Positions 10,161-20,752 of a stretch of 64,000 bases of DNA are shown here, piece after piece. Under the pieces are notes generated by a model. It ran no database searches and was not told the DNA's origin. It worked only from the letters and a program-made list of their open reading frames with translations. Within the stretch, counting starts at the first letter, position 1, and each line of letters begins with the position of its first letter. Position numbers and translations under genes: made by a program. The stretch is from positions 192,001-256,000 of the forward strand of contig CAVULX010000003.1 in assembly GCA_963742415.1 (NCBI GenBank). Direction: 5' to 3'. Source of the DNA: an uncultured Parachlamydiaceae bacterium (GTDB taxonomy: Bacteria; Chlamydiota; Chlamydiia; Chlamydiales; Parachlamydiaceae).

Positions 10161-11069
10161 ATGAGTATCAATTTAAATATAAATATAAATGTGACCCAAA
10201 ATTTTAACTATCCTATTTCGGATGTTGTCGAAAATAATGAACTGTCGGAAGGTCTAGAAAAAACGGCTGTTAATGTGCTTAGGATGCTTTCCCAACAACC
10301 AACAATTTTAGGCATTCAAACTGCTCCTAAAAGAAAAAGAGAAGGTAGTGATCAAGACAGTTCAAGAAATGTAAGACCTTTTAGCAGAACCCCTAAGCAA
10401 AAAACAAAAGAAATAAAGAAAAAAAGCGTATCTCGATGGACGAAAGAGGATGATAAAAAACTACTCGATTTAATGTTGAACAGAGATCCAGAAACAAGAA
10501 ATGAATGGGCTTCCATCTCTCAACAATTCCCAAATAAAACTCCCGATGGTATTAGAAAACGGTGGACTCTCAATGTCAACCCCATCTTGAAACATGGAGA
10601 TTGGGAAAAAGTGGAAGATGACAAACTTTTAAAGAGCGTCGATGAACGTAAAGATAGCGATGGGGACATTCCATGGACAGAAATCTCTGAAGATATCTTT
10701 AACGGCACCCGATCACCTTCTCAAGTGAAAAGAAGATATACACTGATCAATCCAAACTTTTCTAAAAAATGGACTCCGGAAGAGACGAAAAATCTCGAAG
10801 AAGCTTATAAAATAACTCCAAATAAATGGGAAGCAATAAGTAAAAAAGTAGGTGGACATGATGCGCGAGCCTGCCGACAAAAGATGCAGTGCTTAACAAA
10901 ACCATCCATAAAAGGAAAATGGACTGAAGAACAGGACCAAAAACTTACTAGGGCTGTTGGTCAATTTGGACCTTCTAATATTACGCGGATTAGACAAGAA
11001 TTTTTCAATTCTGAGCGATCAGAAGTCCAAATACGTGGAAGAATAAGAGATTTAAAATTAAAAAAATAA
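10161..11069 (+). CDS. Eukaryote-type Myb/SANT repeat protein (4 repeats)
   Basis: Repeats RWTKEDDKKL..W..I...RKRW, GDWEKVEDDKL..W, KWTPEETKNL..W and GKWTEEQDQKL; basic PKRKRE motif upstream. Confidence 0.85.
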   Translation: MSINLNININVTQNFNYPISDVVENNELSEGLEKTAVNVLRMLSQQPTILGIQTAPKRKREGSDQDSSRNVRPFSRTPKQKTKEIKKKSVSRWTKEDDKKLLDLMLNRDPETRNEWASISQQFPNKTPDGIRKRWTLNVNPILKHGDWEKVEDDKLLKSVDERKDSDGDIPWTEISEDIFNGTRSPSQVKRRYTLINPNFSKKWTPEETKNLEEAYKITPNKWEAISKKVGGHDARACRQKMQCLTKPSIKGKWTEEQDQKLTRAVGQFGPSNITRIRQEFFNSERSEVQIRGRIRDLKLKK

Positions 11070-11102
11070 ACTTATACAGTAAAACACTCTCGTTTGCCTA
11101 AT

Positions 11103-11148
11103 AAAAAAACCATAGAGGCAGTGATCTCACTGACTTTGTGGTTTTTTT
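11103..11148. repeat. Short palindrome related to family B, between convergent genes; likely bidirectional terminator
   Basis: AAAAAAACCATAGAGGCAGTGA-TC-TCACTGACTTTGTGGTTTTTTT. Confidence 0.6.
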
Positions 11149-11161
11149 ATTTGCCTAATTT

Positions 11162-11659
11162 TCACTGTTCTTCGGTACACAATTCCTGTGTGGTGACGAG
11201 TGCGAAGCATTGCACTCCGTCACCGCATCCAAAATCTGTAAGCCCTTCACCTGAGGTCGCTGTGATCCCCACTTGGGAGATCTCGATCTCCATCACCCGG
11301 GCAATATTGGTGCGCATCTCGAGGAGTTTATCTTTCATTTTTGGCCTTTTGGCTTCGATGGTAATGGCCACGTGGGTGATTTTTTGCTGTTTTAATGTTT
11401 TCATCGCTTCCCGAAGATAGACCTCGCTATCCGTGATTCCATCTTTCAAACAAAGATCGTCTGCAATAGCTCCCAAAATTAGGATCCCTGTGAGGGAAGA
11501 GATGGCATTGCAAATGGCATGAAATACGACATCTCCGTCTGAATTAGCCATAAAGCCGGGAACATCATTAAAAATAACTCCAGCGATGATGCAGGGTTTC
11601 GAGGATTCAGGAGGAAGAAAGCGGTGGCTGTCTTGTCCAATTCCGGTTCGCGTAGCCAT
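11162..11659 (-). CDS. ispF: 2-C-methyl-D-erythritol 2,4-cyclodiphosphate synthase
   Basis: [25 protein letters not shown] and [10 protein letters not shown]. Confidence 0.95.
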   Translation of the reverse strand: MATRTGIGQDSHRFLPPESSKPCIIAGVIFNDVPGFMANSDGDVVFHAICNAISSLTGILILGAIADDLCLKDGITDSEVYLREAMKTLKQQKITHVAITIEAKRPKMKDKLLEMRTNIARVMEIEISQVGITATSGEGLTDFGCGDGVQCFALVTTQELCTEEQ

Positions 11660-11953
11660 AAGTTAGATTCCCTATTTTTCATTATCTTTATGTTAATTGC
11701 AAAAGGTATGCTTTTTAAAGTATAAAAATTTTTCTTTTTGATCCACGAAAATCTTTAAGGTTATTTTTTTCCATTCCTTTACAAATTTTTGAAAAATTCT
11801 TGTTCAAAAAAGAAAATGTTGTTAAGAAAAAGGGTAAAGTTAGTATTGCATTACAGCAATGGAATGGCGTAAGGTTTGTTTTTTTTACATAGAATAGCCT
11901 TGAGAGGCCATTTAAAATAGTTTATTAATTGAATGAAACAATAAAGAATATTA

Positions 11954-13363
11954 ATGGAAGCGCTTAAAATTAATGGCGGCATCCCGCTCAAAGGTCAAAT
12001 CAAAGCCGCGGGGGCAAAAAATGCCATTACAAAACTCCTTGTTGCCTCTTTATTATCAGACAAACGGTGCCGATTCTATAATGTGCCCGACATCGGTGAT
12101 GTCGATGTCACCGTAGCCTTATGCAAAGAGATCGGGATGGAAGTGCAATGGGATCGTTCTGCAGGTGTTATGGAGGTCATTACTAAGGAGCTCAAAACTT
12201 CTTATGTCCCACAACGTTTTTCCGGCGCCAACCGGATCCCTATTTTAATGATTGGAGCCCTCTTAGGGCGCACTGACGAAGATATCATTGTTCCTACCGT
12301 AGGGGGATGCCCCATCGGCCTCCGCTCCGTGAATTTCCACATCGACGCTCTGGAAAAACTTGGCGCTGTCATCGAGTATCGGGAAATGAAAAAAGAGGGC
12401 GCCTATTTTGCCCATGCTCACAATGGCTTGAAAGGGACGATTATCACTCTTCCTTACCCTTCGGTCGGGGCCACCGAAAATACAATTCTTGCCGGTGTGA
12501 CAGCCAGAGGGATGACAATTATCAAAAATGCTGCCTTCGAGCCTGAAGTTGTTGAATTGATCCTGTTCTTGCAAAAGCTAGGAGCCATTATCACTTTAGA
12601 TGTCGACCGCACGATCCGTATCCAAGGGACGCGCCGCTTCCACGAAGTTGAGCACACGGTGATCCCAGACCGCATCGAATCCGCATCCTGGGGGATGGCT
12701 GCCATTAGCACCAAAGGGCGTGTCTTTGTGGAAGGAGCTCAACACTTGAATATGGTGACATTTTTAAATAAAATCCGCGAAGTGGGCGGAGGATTTGATA
12801 TCAAAAGCAATGGCATTGAATTTTTCTACGACGGCCCTCTGCAAGGGGGGATCCATTTAGAAACGGATGTGCACCCTGGATTTATGACAGATTGGCAACA
12901 GCCCTTCGTTGTGCTTTTGACGCAGTCTTCGGGAACATCTGTCATCCATGAAACGGTGTATGAAAACCGCTTCGGATATACCGAGATGCTGACAGACATG
13001 GGAGCTGACATTACCTTATTCAGGCAATGTTTAGGAGGCAAGCAGTGCCGTTTTGCCTCTCAAAGCTTCTCCCATAGCGCCATCATCAAAGGGGCCACAG
13101 TTTTATCCGGAAAAGATATTTCTATTCCCGACCTCCGAGCCGGTTTTGCCTATGTCCTAGCGGCAGCGATTGCCAATGGGACAAGCATCGTTTCAGGGCT
13201 TCCCTTTCTAGATCGGGGCTACGAAAAGCTGGTTCCTAAGCTAATCTCCTTAGGAGTCCATGTCGAAAGGATCAAAGTCGATGACAAGCCTGAAGTGACC
13301 ATCAGCGGCGGCAGAAAGCGGAGCGGCGTCGAGCAATTGGAAGCCATACCCGTTTCACGTTAA
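11954..13363 (+). CDS. murA: UDP-N-acetylglucosamine 1-carboxyvinyltransferase
   Basis: GAKNA, GGCPIGLR, PSVGATEN, HPGFMTDWQ, ETVYENRF, PDLRAG and LDRGYE. Confidence 0.97.
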   Translation: MEALKINGGIPLKGQIKAAGAKNAITKLLVASLLSDKRCRFYNVPDIGDVDVTVALCKEIGMEVQWDRSAGVMEVITKELKTSYVPQRFSGANRIPILMIGALLGRTDEDIIVPTVGGCPIGLRSVNFHIDALEKLGAVIEYREMKKEGAYFAHAHNGLKGTIITLPYPSVGATENTILAGVTARGMTIIKNAAFEPEVVELILFLQKLGAIITLDVDRTIRIQGTRRFHEVEHTVIPDRIESASWGMAAISTKGRVFVEGAQHLNMVTFLNKIREVGGGFDIKSNGIEFFYDGPLQGGIHLETDVHPGFMTDWQQPFVVLLTQSSGTSVIHETVYENRFGYTEMLTDMGADITLFRQCLGGKQCRFASQSFSHSAIIKGATVLSGKDISIPDLRAGFAYVLAAAIANGTSIVSGLPFLDRGYEKLVPKLISLGVHVERIKVDDKPEVTISGGRKRSGVEQLEAIPVSR

Positions 13364-13403
13364 TTCTCAGAAAAAGAACTTCAAGAAAATTTAGCAAATA
13401 AAT

Positions 13404-13673
13404 AAAACCACAGAGCCAGTGAGATCGCTGAGGAAGTTGTAGAGAGGGAAAAAACAGGATAAGCATGATCGTAAACGGCAGGATAAGCAAGATATTGAAT
13501 AAAAAGGTTCAGGATGCGGGAATATAATTAAGTTTAAACGATTTAAAAAAAAATTTTTTGTTTTATCATGCTCATCCTGCCGTTTACGATCATGCTTATC
13601 TTGTTTTTTCCTTCTCTACAACTTCCTCACCGATCTCGCACTTCCTTAGTGATCTCACTGGCTCTGTGGTTTT
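13404..13673. repeat. 270-bp composite palindrome: family B outer arms enclosing family C arms
   Basis: AAAACCACAGAGCCAGTGAGATC / GATCTCACTGGCTCTGTGGTTTT outside; GGAAAAAACAGGATAAGCATGATCGTAAACGGCAGGAT and its complement inside. Confidence 0.85.
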
Positions 13674-13751
13674 CTTATTTATTACATTTTCTAAAAGTTG
13701 ATTTTTCAATGAGGTTTGCGATATAATTTTTCTATTTGACATGGGGTTGTT

Positions 13752-14732
13752 TTGTTTTCTTCTCATCCAGCGCCTTTATGGCGATCGCTGCTTCGGAATA
13801 ACTTTGTCCACTGGGAAAAACTCGCCGATTTTCTGGAATTGGATCAAAATCAACGTCTGCCCATTCTGAAAAAAAGCCATTTCCCCTTGAATCTTCCTCT
13901 AAGATTAGCTCAAAAAATTAAAAAGGGTACATTAAATGATCCGATTCTACGTCAATTTCTACCGACCGAATCTGAGCAGCGCATTCTACCCCATTTTATA
14001 AAAGACCCTGTGGGGGACCAAACGAGCCGAAAAACCCCCAAACTATTGCATAAATATGAGGAGCGGGTTTTGCTGCTATGCACAAGCGCCTGCGCCATGC
14101 ATTGCCGCTTTTGTTTCCGGCAAAATTTTGATTATGCCACTAAAGAACAGGGATTTTCCCAAGAATTGCAGCTAATTAAAGAAGATCCATCAATCAAAGA
14201 GGTCATTTTGAGCGGTGGAGATCCTTTATCGTTATCCGATCATGAATTAAACCATTTGCTTCAACAACTGGCGGCTACCCCTCATGTTAAAAGGCTCCGC
14301 TTTCACACCCGTTTTCCTATCGGCATCCCCGAAAGGATCGATTCCAACTTCCTAGCCTTATTTTCATCAATCCCTTTACAGATCTGGTTTGTCATCCATG
14401 CCAATCATCCAAGCGAATTAGATGAGGACATTTTTGCAGCTCTTCGTCAACTCCAACGTCTCGGCGTCGGCCTTCTTTGCCAATCTGTTCTTTTAAAAGG
14501 GGTCAATGACAATGCTGACATTCTGATCGAATTGTGCCAAAAGTTAGTGGATCATGGCATTTTACCGTATTACCTTCATCAATTAGACCGTACCACCGGG
14601 TTAGCCCATTTTGAAGTCTCTGAAGATCTTGGCCTTTCCTTAATTCGGGAAATCTCTAAAAAGCTATCTGGGTATGCGGTCCCTAAATACGTCAGGGAAA
14701 TTGCCGGAGAACCAAGCAAAACTCCATTTTAG
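13752..14732 (+). CDS. epmB: KamA/EpmB-family radical SAM lysine 2,3-aminomutase (EF-P modification type)
   Basis: LLHKY, CAMHCRFCFR, VILSGGDPL, HANHP, QSVLLKGVND and PYYLHQLD; TTG start. Confidence 0.85.
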   Translation: MFSSHPAPLWRSLLRNNFVHWEKLADFLELDQNQRLPILKKSHFPLNLPLRLAQKIKKGTLNDPILRQFLPTESEQRILPHFIKDPVGDQTSRKTPKLLHKYEERVLLLCTSACAMHCRFCFRQNFDYATKEQGFSQELQLIKEDPSIKEVILSGGDPLSLSDHELNHLLQQLAATPHVKRLRFHTRFPIGIPERIDSNFLALFSSIPLQIWFVIHANHPSELDEDIFAALRQLQRLGVGLLCQSVLLKGVNDNADILIELCQKLVDHGILPYYLHQLDRTTGLAHFEVSEDLGLSLIREISKKLSGYAVPKYVREIAGEPSKTPF

Positions 14733-14838
14733 GGTGAATAAATCTATTAAAAAATATATAAAGTATTATATAATTAAAGTTGAAAAAATATTTTAGTTTG
14801 ATTTAATTTAATTTTATATATACAAAAGTTTATATAAC

Positions 14839-15789
14839 ATGCGTTTACTTCCAACTTTTTTATCAGCTCCGTTAACTACTTTCGTAGAGAAAAGTTCTAG
14901 GAAGATCCATTCTTCGATAAAGACTTTCCACCTGCGCTCTGCTTTTGAAAGCCTTGGATCCTCCTTTATGGGGAAGAATAATAAATTAAATCGATGGAAG
15001 AGAGGTTTTGTTCAATTCAAACAAAAAGATCTTCCCTACCTAAAAAGAGTGATTATAACCACTATAAAAGACGTTCCCGCTCTTGCCATGTGTGCAGCTC
15101 TTTATCCCTTTGATTTCAAACGCTTGGATACTCCCCGCCCAGGACCTGATATTCTTTGTGTACATGGTTACACTCACAATGGAAGCGCATGGGGGAAATT
15201 CAGGAAATATATTCAAAATCTGGGTGCCGGAGCTGTAAATCGCGTCACATACAAATCCTTTAGAAAAGGGATTAAAGATAACGCCCTGATTGTGAAAGCA
15301 AAAGCAGATGAAATCAAAGAAAAAACAGGGAACGATGTTTCTGTTGTTGTGGGACATTCAGAAGGGGGTCTAGTCGCTCTAGAATATGCGTTAGAACACA
15401 CACTAAAAGATAAAACAATCTATGTCATTACGTTAGGTACGCCTCTTCATGGGACCCGGATTGCTAAATTAGGGATAGGACCGGGAACAAAAGATATGCG
15501 CTCAGACTCAGAATATCTTAAAAGCTTGCATGAGCGCCTTAAAAATGCCACCCATATCAAAGTATTGTGCGTCTATAGCGACGCTGATGAGATTGTCCTA
15601 CCATATTCATCGGCCAAATTAGAAAAATATGAATACGCAACGAATGTTCAAATTAGAATAGGGCATGCATCCCTTTTATTTTCTGAAGACGTGCACGCAA
15701 TTGTCTCTGAATACCTGACTAAAGAAGGAATCTTGTCTGAAATCAAAGACAAAGAAAGCGACAATTCCTTTTCAGAAAGTATAAAATAA
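14839..15789 (+). CDS. Alpha/beta-hydrolase (lipase/esterase)
   Basis: CVHGY, GHSEGG nucleophile elbow, TLGTPLHGT, SDADEIV and GHASLL. Confidence 0.85.
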   Translation: MRLLPTFLSAPLTTFVEKSSRKIHSSIKTFHLRSAFESLGSSFMGKNNKLNRWKRGFVQFKQKDLPYLKRVIITTIKDVPALAMCAALYPFDFKRLDTPRPGPDILCVHGYTHNGSAWGKFRKYIQNLGAGAVNRVTYKSFRKGIKDNALIVKAKADEIKEKTGNDVSVVVGHSEGGLVALEYALEHTLKDKTIYVITLGTPLHGTRIAKLGIGPGTKDMRSDSEYLKSLHERLKNATHIKVLCVYSDADEIVLPYSSAKLEKYEYATNVQIRIGHASLLFSEDVHAIVSEYLTKEGILSEIKDKESDNSFSESIK

Positions 15790-15795
15790 CTGATT

Positions 15796-17541
15796 TTACA
15801 TCCGTTCGACGGTTTTTACCCCTAAAATTTCTAATCCTTGCTTCATAAGGCGAGCCACTAATTCACTGAGTAAGAGACGTGAATTTTGCTGCTCAGAACC
15901 TTCGACGCGGCAATCCCGGAAAAAAGCATGAAATTTTTCGGCTAGTCCGAAGAGGTAGTCGGTCAATCGATGGGGCAGCAAGTCTTGATCCACCTGTTCC
16001 AGGGCTTCCTCAAATTGCATTAAGTGAAGACCTAAAGCTACCTCTGAAGGGTGCTCTAATAGGATTTTTTCATTTTTGACCGACTCGATATCTATCCCCA
16101 CTTTTCGTTTAATCCCGGCAACACGAACATAGGCATACATCAAGAAAGCTGCGGTATTTCCTTCAAATTTCAACATCCTCTCGTAGCTAAAAGTGTAATC
16201 GCTGACCCTGTGGCAAGACAGATCGGCATATTTGATGGCGCCGATCCCTAAAGCTTTAGCCAGAATTTCCCTTTCATTGACCTCCATGTCCGGAGAACGC
16301 TCCAATAGAATCTGGTCGGCATGTTCGATGGCTGTATTTAGTAAATCGATGAGCCGCTCGGTTTCCCCGGCGCGTGTACGGAATTTTTTTCCATCTGTTC
16401 CTAAAACCACACCAAAAGGCACATGGTCGACGCGCACTTTGCGAGGATCTAGATATCCTGCCATTTCCGCTGATTTAAAAATCATTTGAAAATGTTGGGA
16501 CTGCCCCGCATCTGTCACATAAATGATCCGATCAGCCTTTTCCACCTCGATCCTCTGCCGGATAGCCGCCATATCGGTGGTGTCGTAGTTGTACCCTCCA
16601 TCCGATTTCTGGACCATGAGGGGCAAAGGATCCCCTTCTTTATTTTTAAACCCTTCCACATAAACACACTTTGCCCCATTCGATATCGTGACAAGCCCTT
16701 TGTTTTCTAAGTCCTTCACGGTATCGGCAAGAAATGGATTATAGAATGATTCCCCCCGCTCAATTAATTTGACGTCTAATAACTCGTAAATTTCCTGATA
16801 GGCCTTTCGGGAAATATCGCAAATAATCCCCCACGCCTTTAGGGAGTTGGGATCCCCGCTTTGCAAAGCGATAACCTCAAGCTGAGAAGCCTTCTTAAAA
16901 GCAGGATTCTCATCGAACATCTTTTTTGAGGCTTTGTACCACGATTGGAGATGCGTTAAATCGGTGGCTTCTTTCCCTGTCAGGACCTCGGGTGCAAGTT
17001 CCTTCATATAGGCGATCAGCATCCCAAAAGCTGTACCCCAATCTCCGATGTGGTTGAGGCGAAGGACATGGTGGCCAAGATATTCAAAAAGGCGGGCAAG
17101 GCAATCCCCAATGATCGTTGAGCGCAGGTGGCCGACATGCATCTCTTTTGCAGTATTTGGGGAAGAAAAATCGATCACAATATTTTGAGGGGGTGGCAGC
17201 TTGATTCCAAAATGGGGTTCTTTAAGCATTCTATTAACCCCTTCGGTCAGGTAGGAAGTATCGATGACAACATTGATAAAACCTGGGCCGGCAATTTCTA
17301 AAGAAGCAATAAAAGGGGCTCCCCCTTGGGTGGTTTGCAATTTTTCAACAATTTTTTCGGCGATCTGCCTTGGAGCCATTTTCAGAAGCTTGGATAGCTT
17401 CATCGCTGAATTAAATTGATAATTTCCAAACTTTTCCTGACTACTTTGCGTCAAATCTAAGGGGAAATCGCCCAAATCAGGGAAAATTTCATGAATCACT
17501 TTGCGGAATAGATCTGAAAGTTTATCGACGATCGTGTGCAT
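15796..17541 (-). CDS. argS: Arginine--tRNA ligase
   Basis: DFSSPNTAKEMHVGHLRSTIIGD, NHIGDWGT and KKFRTRAG. Confidence 0.98.
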   Translation of the reverse strand: MHTIVDKLSDLFRKVIHEIFPDLGDFPLDLTQSSQEKFGNYQFNSAMKLSKLLKMAPRQIAEKIVEKLQTTQGGAPFIASLEIAGPGFINVVIDTSYLTEGVNRMLKEPHFGIKLPPPQNIVIDFSSPNTAKEMHVGHLRSTIIGDCLARLFEYLGHHVLRLNHIGDWGTAFGMLIAYMKELAPEVLTGKEATDLTHLQSWYKASKKMFDENPAFKKASQLEVIALQSGDPNSLKAWGIICDISRKAYQEIYELLDVKLIERGESFYNPFLADTVKDLENKGLVTISNGAKCVYVEGFKNKEGDPLPLMVQKSDGGYNYDTTDMAAIRQRIEVEKADRIIYVTDAGQSQHFQMIFKSAEMAGYLDPRKVRVDHVPFGVVLGTDGKKFRTRAGETERLIDLLNTAIEHADQILLERSPDMEVNEREILAKALGIGAIKYADLSCHRVSDYTFSYERMLKFEGNTAAFLMYAYVRVAGIKRKVGIDIESVKNEKILLEHPSEVALGLHLMQFEEALEQVDQDLLPHRLTDYLFGLAEKFHAFFRDCRVEGSEQQNSRLLLSELVARLMKQGLEILGVKTVERM

Positions 17542-17593
17542 GGCAAAAGTATAAATTAAGAGGATGAATTAAAGGAAGAGAAGTTGATCAAAT

Positions 17594-17911
17594 TTATCCT
17601 CCGTTTGTGGAAAAATGTTTTTTCCCAAGGGAAGCGATCGCATAAACAGCTCCCGATAAAAGAATAATCGGTATCCCGAGGAGAAAACAATACGCTGTTG
17701 CTTTCCAAACAAGAGGGGAAGTCATCGCTAAACCGAAAACCGTTCTGAATTGACCTTCTGAAATGATAGAAATAAATAGCTGTGTGATCAGGGAACGGGA
17801 TAAATTATTGGATGTCAAAAGAAGGCTTAGCCCTAAAGGAGCGATGCAGACTGCAGAACCTGCGGCTATCCCATAAGAGGAATATTTTTTGATTGAATCA
17901 AAATCCATCAA
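17594..17911 (-). CDS. Small hypothetical membrane protein
   Basis: 105 aa with two hydrophobic segments; starts 2 bp after the pcnB stop. Confidence 0.6.
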   Translation of the reverse strand: MMDFDSIKKYSSYGIAAGSAVCIAPLGLSLLLTSNNLSRSLITQLFISIISEGQFRTVFGLAMTSPLVWKATAYCFLLGIPIILLSGAVYAIASLGKKHFSTNGG

Positions 17912-17913
17912 AA

Positions 17914-19152
17914 TTATCCCTTGCGTTCTTGTGGAGCTGCATGACGGCTCACATGGCGCCCTCCTTGCCGCTCATGCTGTCGATAAAGATTGCGCCATTC
18001 ATTGTAGTCATTCATGTACTTTTCATTGACAGCCGCACGGATTTTTAAAAAGAACAAAGCTAAAGGAAATTCTTTCATCCGCATCAATTTGTGGCGGGGG
18101 TGTCGACGACCTGACAAAGGGGTCAAGCGGTACTGCGTGGATAAAATATAGGCAGCTGTTGAACTGATGCGGCGAGGAAAATGGGAAAATGAAGCACTTA
18201 CGACCGCTTTGATGACCGTCGATGTCAACATCAAGACCTCCCCTAAATGAGGGATATTATCCTTTGAAGTGTACTGCTGCTGAAGCTCTGTTTCCAAAAT
18301 AGGAAACAACAAAGCGCAATATAGCAAGGCTCTATCTAACGGCTTCTTGAGATTTTGATTTATTTTGTCGACAATGGAGAGATACTTAAAAATCTCCTGC
18401 CCATAAGGCCCCAAAATATAGTGGTTAAGCGGAGGTAGTAGGATTTGAAGCAAACCCGATTCTGTCATCAGCATAAAAAAGGGGGCGGAAGCTCCCGATT
18501 CCATCATCCGGAAAATCTCTTCTAACACTCGTGCCGGAGAGCTTTTGATGATCTCTTGTTTGCATTGAAGGAGGGCTTTCCGGCTTGAGCTTTCGATTTC
18601 AAAACCGAATCGGGCCCTAAACTTTAAAAGGCGGATCATCCTAACAGGATCTTGTTTGAAACGGTTCTCCGGGTTTCCGATGGATCGTAGGACATGCTTT
18701 TGGATATCATTCCACCCCCCGACATAGTCTATGATGGACCCTGTGGAAGGGTCATAGAAGAGCCCGTTGATTGTAAAGTCGCGGCGCAAGACATCTTCTT
18801 CAGGTGATCCCCATTCATTATCACGAAGAATAAGATCGCCTTCATTTTCCCCAGTGCGGAAAGTGGAAACTTCGATGATTTTGTGTCCAAATCGTACATG
18901 TGCCAGCCGGAAACGGCGGCCGATAAGGATGCATTGCCTGCCAAAAACTTTCTTAACTTCTTCGGGCAACGCAGAGGTGGAGATATCGAAATCTTTGGGG
19001 ATCCTTTTCACCAAAAGGTCGCGGACACCGCCGCCAACAAGATAAGCGGTATATCCTGCTTCACGAAGCTTCTCAATTACCCTAAGAGCTTCACTGTCGA
19101 TTAAATTATTATCGATTCCATGTTCTTTAGAAGAATAAATCTTTGGCTGCAC
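17914..19152 (-). CDS. pcnB: Poly(A) polymerase I
   Basis: AYLVGGGVRDLL, PKDFDI, LIGRRFRLAHV (PAP signature), RRDFTINGL and DPVRMIR. Confidence 0.93.
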   Translation of the reverse strand: MQPKIYSSKEHGIDNNLIDSEALRVIEKLREAGYTAYLVGGGVRDLLVKRIPKDFDISTSALPEEVKKVFGRQCILIGRRFRLAHVRFGHKIIEVSTFRTGENEGDLILRDNEWGSPEEDVLRRDFTINGLFYDPSTGSIIDYVGGWNDIQKHVLRSIGNPENRFKQDPVRMIRLLKFRARFGFEIESSSRKALLQCKQEIIKSSPARVLEEIFRMMESGASAPFFMLMTESGLLQILLPPLNHYILGPYGQEIFKYLSIVDKINQNLKKPLDRALLYCALLFPILETELQQQYTSKDNIPHLGEVLMLTSTVIKAVVSASFSHFPRRISSTAAYILSTQYRLTPLSGRRHPRHKLMRMKEFPLALFFLKIRAAVNEKYMNDYNEWRNLYRQHERQGGRHVSRHAAPQERKG

Positions 19153-19372
19153 AAAAAATTAAAGTTTGGGATTTGGTTAATAGCCTGAGGTTAATAAATA
19201 ATATTATCTTTCCCCTTTGAAAAAATGCAAGCATTTTAACCTGAAGTTTGGGTTTTTAAGGTGTAGAAAAAAGATTTACCAGATACAGAGTAAGTCTTTG
19301 TTTTTTCTTGATTCCCCTAAAGTTATCGCGTAATCTTAGAGTATAGCTTCTTAAACATTTAAGGTTTTGCGC

Positions 19373-20743
19373 ATGGGCAAAAATGCCACAAGTAAAATTT
19401 TCGGGACAGATGGGGTGCGGGGAAGAGCCAATAAATCCCCTATGACTGTGGAAACGGCCCTGGCTTTAGGCAGAGCGGCAGGCAAAATTTTTCGCACTCG
19501 GCAGGGAAAACATCGGGTCGTTATCGGCAAAGATACCCGTTTGTCTTGTTATATGTTTGAGAATGCATTGATTTCCGGCTTATGCTCAATGGGTGTCGAC
19601 ACGCTGATGGTAGGCCCTTTGCCGACACCCGGAGTAGCCTTTATTACACGGGCTTACCGGGCCGATGCCGGGATCGTGATTTCCGCTTCCCACAACCCTT
19701 TCTACGACAATGGGATCAAGTTCTTTTCTTCAGAAGGTTTTAAGCTCCCCGATTCTTGGGAAGCTGAAATGGAAAATTTAGTGCAAACAGGGGATTTCGA
19801 AGATTGCTTGCCTCTCGATTATGACGTAGGACGAAATACAAAGATCAATGATGCAGATGGCCGGTATATTGAATTTACAAAGGCGACTTTTCCCCGCAAG
19901 CTTTCTTTAAAGAGTATCAAAGTCGCCTTAGATTGTGCTAATGGCGCCGCTTATAAAGTGGCCCCCCTTGTCTTTAGGGAACTTGATGCACAGGTTTTCG
20001 TCTATGGGAACGCCCCTAATGGTCTAAACATTAATGAGGGGTGCGGCTCATTGCAGCCCGAGCTTATCCAAAAAGCTGTCATCGATCATCGCGCCGATGT
20101 GGGGATCGCACTAGACGGAGATGCCGATAGGGTTGTCATGGTGGATGAAAATGCTCAAATGGTCGATGGGGATACAATTTTGGCTATTTGTGCAAGGGAT
20201 ATGCAAAAACAAGGGATCCTTCGCAATAATAAATTAGTAGCCACTGTGATGAGCAATTTTGGCTTTTTAAAATGCATGGAATTGCTTGGTATAGAAGTCA
20301 TTAAAGCCGCTGTGGGGGACCGTTATGTGATCCAAGACATGCTAAAACATGAGGCGAACTTGGGCGGGGAACAAAGCGGCCATATGATCTTTCTTGATCA
20401 CAATACTACCGGAGACGGCTTAGTAAGCGCCTTGCAAGTGCTCCGCATTATGATTGAAACCGATTCAAAATTGTCGGATTTAGCCACAATCTTTAAGAAG
20501 TATCCTCAAGCAATTGTCAATGTTAAAGTATCATCTAAGCCTCCCTTGGAATCACTTTCTGCTGTCACTGAAGCAAAAACGCAAGTGGAAAAGCAATTGA
20601 CTGATAGTGGAAGGGTTTTAGTTCGGTATTCAGGAACTGAAAACATTTGCCGAATCATGGTGGAAGGGCCAAAATATAAACAAGTGCACCAGATGGCAAA
20701 TTCCATTGCGCAGGCTGTCCAAAAAGAAATCGGATCAAAATAA
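19373..20743 (+). CDS. glmM: Phosphoglucosamine mutase
   Basis: FGTDGVRG, ISASHNP, DGDADR and GGEQSGH. Confidence 0.96.
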   Translation: MGKNATSKIFGTDGVRGRANKSPMTVETALALGRAAGKIFRTRQGKHRVVIGKDTRLSCYMFENALISGLCSMGVDTLMVGPLPTPGVAFITRAYRADAGIVISASHNPFYDNGIKFFSSEGFKLPDSWEAEMENLVQTGDFEDCLPLDYDVGRNTKINDADGRYIEFTKATFPRKLSLKSIKVALDCANGAAYKVAPLVFRELDAQVFVYGNAPNGLNINEGCGSLQPELIQKAVIDHRADVGIALDGDADRVVMVDENAQMVDGDTILAICARDMQKQGILRNNKLVATVMSNFGFLKCMELLGIEVIKAAVGDRYVIQDMLKHEANLGGEQSGHMIFLDHNTTGDGLVSALQVLRIMIETDSKLSDLATIFKKYPQAIVNVKVSSKPPLESLSAVTEAKTQVEKQLTDSGRVLVRYSGTENICRIMVEGPKYKQVHQMANSIAQAVQKEIGSK

Positions 20744-20752
20744 AGAGGAACA

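Noticed and set aside
20744-20752. glmS ribozyme
   Set aside because: Only 9 bp separate glmM and glmS.
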